DNA of 63,442 nucleotides, filler included, from Lenisia limosa (taxonomy: Eukaryota > Protista > Breviatea): NCBI GenBank assembly GCA_001655205.1. It is 17 parts of 17 records of this genome, joined end to end, with 100 filler letters (N's around TTAATTAATTAA, not from the genome) between each part and the next. Parts side by side here need not be neighbours in the genome. Positions count along the whole stretch, not along the records: positions 1 to 3,921 come from LPNZ01006308.1; positions 4,022 to 9,956 come from LPNZ01008987.1; 15 more parts are not named here. One strand, written 5' to 3'. Within the stretch, counting starts at the first letter, position 1, and each line of letters opens with the position of its first letter. A program made the translations under genes and the position numbers. Below the pieces are notes generated by a model, which had not been told where the DNA came from, did not search any database, and worked only from the letters and a program-made list of their open reading frames with translations. Shown piece by piece: positions 1 to 10,056 of this stretch.

Positions 1-50
1 CCAAGTAAGACAGGAACAACGCTAAAAGTCTTATTATCGGGGGCAGTGGG

Positions 51-3000
51 TTAGAGAATTGAAGATCTCTTCTAGCAAAGCCAGCAAAGCCAAAAAAGCC
101 AATGTCAGCAAAGCCAAAGCCAGCAAAGCCAGCAATGCCAACAAAGCCAGCCAGCAAGCCAAAGCCAGCAAAGCCAAAGCCAGCTAAGCCAAAGCCAGCA
201 AAGCCCACCTTAGTATCAGGAGTCTCAGTTTTGTCCATGGGCCTCTTTTTGGTGTCACGGGGCTTGCTGGTTTCCTTACTCTTGTCAGTGTCAACAGTTG
301 GGGGCTCGAGGGTCTGAACGAGTTAGCAAATTGGCGATGTGGGGATCTATTCGTAAATGATGCATCCCTATTCCGGCCAATCCCTTACAGCCATCCATGG
401 GTATGTAAACGAATGAAAAACACAAGATACAAAGCCGTCTATACCATCATCCAATCAGATTATGTTATGATACATAAGCACAGGAGTGCTTACCTCTTCC
501 TCTTCTTCCTCCTCTTCTCCTTCCTTCTTTGGCAGCTTGCAGAGCATCTAGGATGTCATTCAACTAGAGAGCAAAATCATTTTGGGCACGGAAAATTATA
601 AAAGAAAAAAGAAACACAAACAAGATGTCAACCCCACCTTGAACTGGCCAGACTTGACCCTAGGAAGATCCTCAACAGCAGGCGAGGAGAGGGGTTGAAC
701 CTCCACCACGCGGCCGGGCCGAGTGATCTTCAGGATTTGTGATGCGGCCAGGGCCTGGGGGAGTGAAACGAAGGGTATGATAAGAGCAAAGATAAATTTC
801 ACATTACTTCAACCCCCCCCCCCCANNNNNNNNNNNNNNNNNNNNNNNNNNNNNNNNNNNNNNNNNNNNNNNNNNNNNNNNNNNNNNNNNNNNNNNNNNN
901 NNNTGTCCATGCGGTCGTCAATGTTCTGCAGAATGTGCGGCTTCGATTTGAGGGCGGGATGCTCGGCAACAAAGTACGAACAGCAGTCACCTGGGAGGGG
1001 GGGGGGGGAGTAAAATTGGAAAATTTATGATACAAAAAGAGCCCAAATCAACTCTGACAACACACGAGGAAATCCTGATAAATAATGGCGTGGGGGAGGG
1101 GTACACTTCAAGGGTAAATGTAACTGTTCTTTCTTTGGGTGCATTATTATGGTAATACCAGATGGGACATTTTACTATGAATCCAACTAAAATTATGTTA
1201 GCCGCCATACCATAGGGCAGACACGACAACTCGAAGGTTCCAATATCACGAGCAATGTCCGTGATCTCTTCCTTGTTCATTCCTAAAGGGTCAGGCTCAG
1301 GAAGGAGTCAACAAGGGGCTGTGATGGTGTCCTTTTGTGTTCTTTTGTACCCTGGGATTTAGTTTATTGTATTTATTTTTTTGTTTGATAAAATGCCCAA
1401 TGATACATTTTTGAAGTCGATACGGTCTATCTCGGAAATATGACTCACCGATGAGGGGCGTGAGGATGTGCTTGGGGGAGTTGTGGTACACTGATTCAAG
1501 GTTGGTGATAGTTTGGCTGGCCACCTGGGGGGGGGGGGGNNNNNNNNNNNNNNNNNNNNNNNNNNNNNNNNNNNNNNNNNNNNNNNNNNNNNNNNNNNNN
1601 NNNNNNNNNNNNNNNNNNNNNNNNNNNNNNNNNNNNAAGAAAATATGTTCGCTGCGGAGGGAAATAAGTCTGAGCTGATCCCTCCCTGCTGCATATTGCA
1701 AAAGCAAAATGAGATCTTTTGGAACACAGTGATGCTCCCCCCTCCCACTTGGTTCATAGCATCGCCAGTAACGAGGAAGGGCGCCCCGTACTTCTCAGCA
1801 ACCATAGACGCAATCTGGGGGGGGGGGGGNNNNNNNNNNNNNNNNNNNNNNNNNNNNNNNNNNNNNNNNNNNNNNNNNNNNNNNNNNNNNNNNNNNNNNN
1901 NNNNNNNNNNNNNNNNNNNNNNNNNNNNNNNNNNNNNNNNNNNNNNNNNNNNNNNNNNNNNNNNNNNNNNNNNTCATAATATGCAGAGATATAACAATAA
2001 TAAGGAACACTGAGCCAATTCAGACCAGATAGAAAATCCCCAGGCGGAAAAGAGAACAAAGCTGCTCCCGACCCACTCTCAACATGCATCTGCGGTAAAC
2101 GAGCATACGCAATTTTGGCGCCACGCGAACGATAAGTTCCTAAATTAAGTCAAATACAGCAATATCCTCGCAAGTGGATATGAGTGCGACCTCTGGAGCC
2201 GATAAAAGGCCAACCCCTTTTCATTGATCAATAACTAAAGATTCCCTCCATAGGACACAAAAAAAAACGGAATAATAATTCTAAGGCACCTTGCAATTAA
2301 ATGCCACAATTATTTTCATTGGCAATTATTTTTTTCTTAAAGCAATTAATTGCTAAATAATTGAAAATAATACATTTAATTAATTACAAGCTTTCATATA
2401 CAATCAAACTATATCATATGTTGCATATAATATGATGAAATAAATATCTGGTTTGAGAGTCGTTTTCGGACAGTTCAAATAATGAAACAAGAAGAAGTTT
2501 GGGCCTATCATGGTCATTATTAAGCATACGGCTAATTAGGTAATAAAAGCCCGCATTTCTCAAAATAAATTTCCTCCTTTTGTCCTCTCTCCCTCAACAC
2601 ACCTGTTGTAACTCCTCAAAGGGAACAACGTAGAGGATGGTCTCAACCTACACCATTAATCAGCTACAGGAAAGAGTATGATACTCTTTTTATGAGAATA
2701 TGACATATGACTGCATTATTTGTGTTTATTTTCTTAATTCTATTTTAATACAGCTTATTTTTGGCCAATCTCAATTTCAAGCTGGAGGCTATTCCCAGAC
2801 TATCAAAACCCAAAAAAGGAAGAAAAGGTGGCCGCAAAGAGAGCGCCCACCTGGTAAATGGAGAGTTGCTCAGCAATCTGTTGGATCTTATCGCGAACTG
2901 CGGCAGAGGACTGCTGGGTAAAATACGGGAGGATGTGGGCTGATAAAATAAAACAAGCATGACATGAATATAACTATGTTAATATCAACACCTATATGGC

Positions 3001-3921
3001 TTGACATTGTGAACATTCCTGTTTATTTTGGGGGGTATATATTGAAAACTCAGTTTTCTACATTCAAAAACAAGACTGTACCTGTGAAGCGTTCTGGAAG
3101 TGGACACAGATAGTACGTGCGCCTCTCTTCATCATCAAATACGACGCAACTGGGCTGTCCATTCCACTACAACGTCAAAACAATGAATGATATGAATGAT
3201 AAACCGAATAATCTGAAAAACAAACAGTATCGTAAAACACAAAGCAACATCTAAAGGCTTCGAACAGGACACGGCAAGAAATTCAGCAATTAGGCCAAAG
3301 ANNNNNNNNNNNNNNNNNNNNNNNNNNNNNNNNNNNNNNNNNNNNNNNNNNNNNNNNNNNNNNNNNNNNNNNNNNNNNNNNNNNNNNNNNNNNNNNNNNN
3401 NNNNNNNNNNNNAAGAAGTAAACGTGTCTATATTCCATTGTGAAATTTTGTCATAAAGTTGCGTAATAAATTTCTACTTCAAATTATCCATTTAAGTCAC
3501 AAATTTGAAAGTAACGGAAATGACTTCAAAGCCAGCCGTCGAAATTTATTCACAAAAGTGGGAGAATATCAATTTATATTCTACAATATCAATATCCAAG
3601 AACATTGCGCCTACAAGCGTAGTCCTTGGAGACGAAAACCTGGAAGTTGGCCTTATCAGCATTGGTCTTGACATGACAGGAAGGCCACAGCTTCTCCTGG
3701 GGGGTGATAAGGTTACATGGAGGGGGCTTGCGTTCTTAAAATTGATGGTAAAATCTTTCAGAAGTCCAAAAACACCCCCCCCCCCACAATAAGCGCGACG
3801 AGAGGATCGCGGATTGGGGTGACCTCACTAATGGTGATGCGGTTGTAGAGCTTGATCTTGACATCGAGGTTCTCAGGCGCGGTGGCGTATTTGTTCTTCA
3901 GGAGGGACTCGGAATGTGACA
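51..3921 (-). CDS. thiI: tRNA 4-thiouridine(8) synthase ThiI (THUMP + PP-loop), multi-exon, 5' truncated
   Basis: Spliced exons read GMDSPVASYLMMKRGARTICVHF (PP-loop, exon 3082-3166), [133 protein letters not shown]. These follow the ThiI motif order. At least a dozen GT-AG introns. Probable stop TAA at 53-51. Confidence 0.93.
73..206. repeat. Degenerate GCAAAGCCA tandem repeat in last ThiI intron
   Basis: More than ten imperfect gcaaagcca/aaagcca units between a GT donor near 207 and an AG acceptor at 73-72 on the minus strand. Confidence 0.8.
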
Positions 3922-4021
3922 NNNNNNNNNNNNNNNNNNNNNNNNNNNNNNNNNNNNNNNNNNNNTTAATTAATTAANNNNNNNNNNNNNNNNNNNNNNN
4001 NNNNNNNNNNNNNNNNNNNNN
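3922..4021. other. Artificial scaffold spacer N44-TTAATTAATTAA-N44 (first of 16)
   Basis: Identical six-frame-stop 12-mers flanked by N runs at 3966, 10001, 15690, 17455, 21357, 26168, 27714, 29831, 31605, 33823, 42083, 43847, 57392, 59049, 60494 and 62319. Confidence 0.97.
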
Positions 4022-7000
4022 ACTACTTCCAGGACAACTGGGTGGGTGGGGGGGTGTTGCTGTCAAGATAACTAGGCTGGACGATCTTTGCGTTTACCAG
4101 TGCTTAGCTTCGGAATAATAAATTGACATATGTCACGGCAGAGAAAAATTCCGTCTTTTTTGAGAGCCGAATTTAGATTTCTATCATGATTTGATATCCT
4201 TTGTCTTATTCAACACCATATTGTTCACCTTGCTTACTCCATAGACTGAACTTGCTATTGGATTCTTCGCCTCTATGTGGGGTGCCTCTCTTTGGCTCTG
4301 TATGCGGGGTTGCTCCTCAACTTTCTTGGCAGTTTTGATATAACTGTAGTACACTTTGCTTGTTGAATACTGCAAAATGAATTCACGGATATATCGATAA
4401 CGCTTGTCCTTCATACTTCCTGAGTCTTCATTGGATCAACACACGTGACCATTCAGTGTGGGCAACAATCAAGGCTCTCCCCGTCTCCACCACGCACTCC
4501 ATTGTGGCCGGTATCTTTGGTTTCGGCATTGTGTCCTCCATCGATGCTGTCAACCAGACCAAGCTCATCACCATCGTTGCTTCATGGGTCGTTTCTCCTG
4601 TTGTTGGCTCTCTCGCAGGTTTTGTTTGGTAGGGGGGTCTGTGGGTCTGTGTGTTCTAACTCTGATTTCGCTAGTTGAGTGTACTTACATAATGTTGAGT
4701 AGCATATTTCTGACCTTCCAGGTACTACATCATTTACAAGACCATCATCTCTGCCAAGAAGCCCATGTCTGCTTCTCTCTACACTGGTGGGGAGGGGTAA
4801 TTTCCTTCTTTCTCTTAGTGTGATGGTAGGATTTGTTGTTTGTTTGTGTTATTTGATACTCATACATATGTTTGGCTTTATTAGGAGTAAGGATTTCTTC
4901 ACACTTCCTCTCGTTGTCAGGCTTCCCTTTATTTATCCATCCCCAGTTCCCCTTCATTACGGAGCCACTGTGCTCGTTATGAGTGTGTTCATTCTTACCA
5001 AGGGTCTAAAGAACCTCGGCCTCGGCATCACTTTCGAGGTTCGTGTTTGTTATTATTATTTTATTATTATTGTTATTGTTATATTTTCAATTTCGGGGAG
5101 ATACCAGTTGCGATTTCAATGCAACAGTTTCAAAGAAGCCCAACCTTACACCGCAGCTTGCCATCATCCTGTCCTTCGCCCTCACCATCCTCACCATCAT
5201 CATCGCCTACCTTATTGTCGTCCCCACCCAGAAGAAGAAGTTCAAGGTATTTTAACAATTAATATACTCTTCATTAAAATAGATCATACAATCTGGTAAT
5301 AAACAAAGGCAAGATACACACAAAAATAATAGCATGGTTCTTTTTTGGCCCCATCAATACCTGTTAACAATTGTAGAAGTTCGAAGAAGAGAAGGTCGAG
5401 CCTCTTGCTCTCCAAATGATGACGGTAAGCTCCATTATTAACGTTTTTGTCTCAGAATGAGTTTTACTTATTCATGATGCAGAATTTCATGATATTTTAT
5501 GTTCCTAGCTGCTAAAAAAGACACATTGCGGAGTAATTGTAATGCAGANNNNNNNNNNNNNNNNNNNNNNNNNNNNNNNNNNNNNNNNNNNNNNNNNNNN
5601 NNNNNNNNNNNNNNNNNNNNNNNNNNNNNNNNNNNNNNNNNNNNNNNNNNNNNNNNNNNNNNNNNNNNNNNNNGAAGAAATGAACGTGGGCGGGTTCTTT
5701 CATTGTCACCGTGTTAAGTATCTGATTAATCGGGCAAGACTTTCTACTGACAATGTCAATATCATTAGATGTTGAAGTATTGCATCACCTCTGACCTCAT
5801 AGAAGACCAACTCTAAAGAAGACCTTGCTCCCGTGCTCCCCGTTTCTGAGGTAAGGCTGCTTTGGATTATTGGACCATTACCTGGAATGATGTTCTCATT
5901 ATTAAGAGTTTATTGGACTTTCATATGCTCCCATATCATAGCGTTCATGATTTCTATCACATGTGTTTATTATCGAATACCAGGACACATTCTCATTGGG
6001 CATGAAATTTCTCCAACAAAGCATAACGGCTAATCCGTCAGATGACCGCTGAGCAACGTGAGGCCAAAATGGAGGAGTTCCGCCGTACTGTCCGCACTGA
6101 CATGGCCGAAACCTTGTTTGTGCCCCTGCTGGTTCTGTCTGCTGTTGTCCTGACCTTCTCACATGGTGCCAACAACGTCTCGTGGGGGGAGGGGTAACTA
6201 GTATACCTTTTTCCTAAACAAATAATCATAATCATTTGTTATCATCCATCGTGACCACATTCCTGACTCTGGCAGAAACGGTGTTGGTCCTCTCGACTCA
6301 ATCTACTCCATCTACAAGAACGGCATGCTTCTCACCGGTGACGACGCCGACCCCATGCCTCGTGAGCATCTTGTCATTTTGCTTGTTTCTTTTTGTCTTT
6401 TTGTCTTATCGTTTTGGGACTTATCGTTGTGTCTTGCCAATTTTGGTACTGTCATATGATATTTTCCTATAGTCCAATATCTACCGTGATAGTGTGTGTG
6501 GACNNNNNNNNNNNNNNNNNNNNNNNNNNNNNNNNNNNNNNNNNNNNNNNNGTTACAAGGTTATGGAAACCATTGGAACTCGCATTGTCAAGGTCACCTA
6601 CACCCGTGGTTACGTTGGCGGGTTTCCTGGTGCTTTTTATTCTGCTTCTTGTTGAGCGCAGTGTTGTCCTAAACTCTTATAAAAATTAGACACTACATTT
6701 ACCGTTTCATTAAGTCATGGGGTTTTAGCCCTCTGTCATTCTGACCAGCGAATAAGTTGAAGAATAGTTGTAATAATATATATTATACATAGGAAAATCA
6801 AATACTGTTTGTTTCTTTGCCTCTGCTCACTGCATCTTCAGACTTCCCTCCCAATTGAAGTACCTCAGATTGCTAGATAAACCTTTTATTCATTGGTCTA
6901 ATAGTTTCTACCCACCCCAGGTTGCCCAAGTTGCTACCTCTTTTGTTGTTCTTCTCTGTACCTATTTCGGTCTCCCCGTTTCCTCCACCCATGTTGTGTT

Positions 7001-7474
7001 GGTAGGCTGGATGGAGTGGTTATGGGTTGTTACACTCTTCGTTCTCTTTTTTTTAACCCAATCACCTCTTACGTTAACACCCATCGAAATTCCCTGAGTT
7101 TTGGTGATGCTTGCAACGTTGTTTTTGCTTCTTTTTTTTAACTTTTCCAAATTACTCCCCCTCCAATAATGATTACTCCAGGGTGCTGTGGTTGGTGTGG
7201 GCCTCGTGACCGACAAGAACGCCTTGAAAATGGATCTTTTGATCAAGATCGGCGCTGGCTGGGTCATTACCATCCCCGCTGGTAAGGGGGCATGTTGTTT
7301 CATACATTGTCATTTTCCATCCCAGCACACATTCGACATTGTCAGCCAAACAGAGTTGATTTTGGGTCTTAAAATTTCCAATTTTACCCCCCCCCCCCAG
7401 GAGCGATCGGATCCATCCTGTGCTTCTATCTGACTAAGGGCGCTGTCCTCGACCACCAGGACTGCTCTAAGTAA
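4022..7474 (+). CDS. PiT/PHO4 (SLC20) family inorganic phosphate or oxyanion transporter, 5' truncated
   Basis: Exons encode WATIKALPVSTTHSIVAGIFGFG..IVASWVVSPVVG, FSHGANNVSNGVGPL, YKVMETIGTRIVKVTYTRGY, VAQVATSFVVLLCTYFGLPVSSTHVVL, GAVVGVGL..IGAGWVITIPAG. Stop TAA at 7472-7474. Confidence 0.93.
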
Positions 7475-8036
7475 TCTGTTCTGATATATATCTGATTTCA
7501 TGTCTTTGAGACGGTCAGATCTGTTCTGCATGGGTAGCAATAAAACAATACAAGGCTTTGTATTGTATATAACCAGTATACAACCAATATACAACAGTGG
7601 ATACAGCAGGTATAAATTTGACAAGTTGTTGTTGACAGATATACGTGAATTCGTACTCGAGAGGCGGCGGCGGGGTTTTTGTGTAAAAAAAAAAAATATC
7701 TGCAAAAAATCACACACACTTCTATCCGTTTAAACTTCTGTTAAAGCGCGTTTTTCTACTGTAGTATTGATTATAGAAGGATAGAACTGCTTAAGAGCGC
7801 TTACTTTTGTGGGCTTTTGTCTTGAAGTGCAGCTATGTGCCAATTGTAGACTACAGAGCCGTCAATCTATTGTATTGAGGTCAATGTAAGGGGGGTGGTC
7901 TTCCAAATCTCATCTTGAAATATCGTGAATCGCTTGTTCACCCTGGTTGATAATTATTGCCCTGTGAGGTGTTCTCAAATAACTTCAAATTAAGTTTCAC
8001 CCCGATTCAGCCCCGTTTACTTTCACATCGCCAACC

Positions 8037-9893
8037 ATGCCCGCCTTTCCTCCTCCTCATCACCTCTGTATTCTTCCTACCTATTAACAATATTATATTT
8101 CACTAAGACCCACTTAAAGGCCAGTAATTAGCGTTTCCTCTCACAGAGCTACAGATGAGCGAGTTTGATCGCGATATGGCCTCTTTCCAAGGCTCTCGCG
8201 CCTCAACCAGAGCCACTATGAAGGACACAACAAAGAGGAAGCCGCGAAGAACGGCCTTGAGAAGCGCAAAGCGGACCACAGCCAATGGGCAAGCGGCTAA
8301 GATCGAGATCGTCGAGACTTCAAGCTCCGACCCCTCTCTTGCCAATTGTGTCGTTGATGAGTCGGAACCCATCTTTCAGGTTTGGGGGTGATTGCATGGA
8401 TTATTTGCATACTGGGTTAACAAGTGTTGATGCGGGTGAATTGATTCTTTTCAAGAGATATTCTCACAAACATGTCTTTGATACAATATAATCACAGATA
8501 CAATATTACAAACTAATATTTTCTTCGATTTTAATATGATTCGTGTTTTAGGAAGCAAAACGGAACTAACCACAAAATATTTGATAAAAATTGGACAATG
8601 TAGTTATCATAATAGTAAAAGGGAGAGTTATCATAATAGTAAAAGGGAGAGCTATCATAATAGTAAAAGGGAGAGCTATCATAATTGTAAAAGGGAGAGC
8701 TATNNNNNNNNNNNNNNNNNNNNNNNNNNNNNNNNNNNNNNNNNNNNNNNNNNNNNNNNNNNNNNNNNNNNNNNNNNNTTTGACTTATTATTAACAGATC
8801 GACAGTTTGTATATTCATATGTTATATCGTATGTTTGATCAATTATTATTGTTATCTTTCTCCTTGCCTTATACAACCTTCCAGTTTTTAGTCTCATCTT
8901 TCAGCCCTTCCCATCCGAGGTCATTTTCGATACATTTGAGCAGTATCACACATCTACAAAGTCCATCTTCTTGAGGAACAACGATTGTGTATGAGGGCAT
9001 TGGAGGAATCACATTGGATAGTGTGCTTGTCTCTTACCCCATTTCCATAACCTCTTTTTCCCCGCCTATGTATTGCACTTTGAGAAGGTTTTCCATTCTA
9101 TAATGGCATTTTATCCCCCAGGTTGGCCGACACATTATGGCGCTGAGGTCTTCGTCACCCTTCTTCGAGATTGAGCAGGTGGGCGAATCCGCAAAAGCAA
9201 CTGGCCTGTTTAGTTTATTGTTTTCAGCCGTCGTGTGTTTCAATTAATTCTTAACGATAGCCCTTTTTTTCTTCGTAAATTTTTCATTTTAGTCTATTGA
9301 TTCAAAAACAGTGTTTCACCTCNNNNNNNNNNNNNNNNNNNNNNNNNNNNNNNNNNNNNNNNNNNNNNNNNNNNNNNNNNNNNNNNNNNNNNNNNNNNNN
9401 NNNNNNNNNNNNNNNNNNNNNNNNNNNNNNNNNNNNNNTCGAGTTCCTTATCACCTTCAAACCTACAGGAATGCAAGACTATTCTGTGGATATTAGTGGG
9501 AGGGGGGGCACGTTTTGGATATTGAGAGGAGTGTTGGTTTGTTTCATAACTACCGTGTACCGGCTGCAGAAGCGATTGGCCTGGGTTTTGTTTGTTTTCT
9601 TGTTATCAACCCTCTTGTGTTGTNNNNNNNNNNTAGTCTTCCAATCCAACAGAGAGAAGTTTATTGTTCCCGTTCGCGCAATTGGTGCTAGAGGTATCCG
9701 GGGGTCTATATTTGATAAAAGAGTTGATCAAATACATGGTTTTTGATTTCATGATCCAGGACTGCTCGACTTCCCGAACAAGATCGGTTTTGGCACTGTG
9801 CCCGTGAACTATACGAGTGAACGGACCTTCAATCTTCGTAACATCGGCAAAGCTACCACTGGCTTCTCTTTCAACAAGCATCCGCTGTTTAGA
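8037..9893 (+). CDS. HYDIN: HYDIN (axonemal central-pair protein), N-terminal part only
   Basis: Exons IFQ-PFPSEVIFDTFE..IFLRNND, SSPFFEIE, EFLITFKPTGMQDY, NREKFIVPVRAIGARG-LLDFPNKIGFGTVPVNY..RNIG match the HYDIN N-terminus (human LFQPFPSEIIF..LRNND..EREKFIVPIKARGARAILDFP). Confidence 0.9.
8603..8703. repeat. 24-bp minisatellite in HYDIN intron
   Basis: Four head-to-tail copies of tatcataatagtaaaagggagag(t/c) running into an N gap, with no spacers. Confidence 0.9.
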
Positions 9894-10056
9894 GTGGGAG
9901 AGGGGGATCATGTTTCATGCTGGAGGGAGATTTAAGGCTTCCCAACGATCAACTAGNNNNNNNNNNNNNNNNNNNNNNNNNNNNNNNNNNNNNNNNNNNN
10001 TTAATTAATTAANNNNNNNNNNNNNNNNNNNNNNNNNNNNNNNNNNNNNNNNNNNN

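Noticed and set aside
102-317. Pro/Lys-rich ORF MSAKPKPAKP.. on the plus strand
   Set aside because: It is the translation of an intronic tandem repeat plus the antisense of a ThiI exon.
1526-1636. G- or C-runs that end exactly at N gaps as evidence of true run length or G-quadruplexes
   Set aside because: Read dropout and two-colour poly-G artefacts can create or extend these. Only internally flanked runs were used as evidence.
8603-8703. 24-bp repeats as a CRISPR array or repeat-protein ORF
   Set aside because: They are head-to-tail without spacers, inside a eukaryotic intron, with no cas genes.
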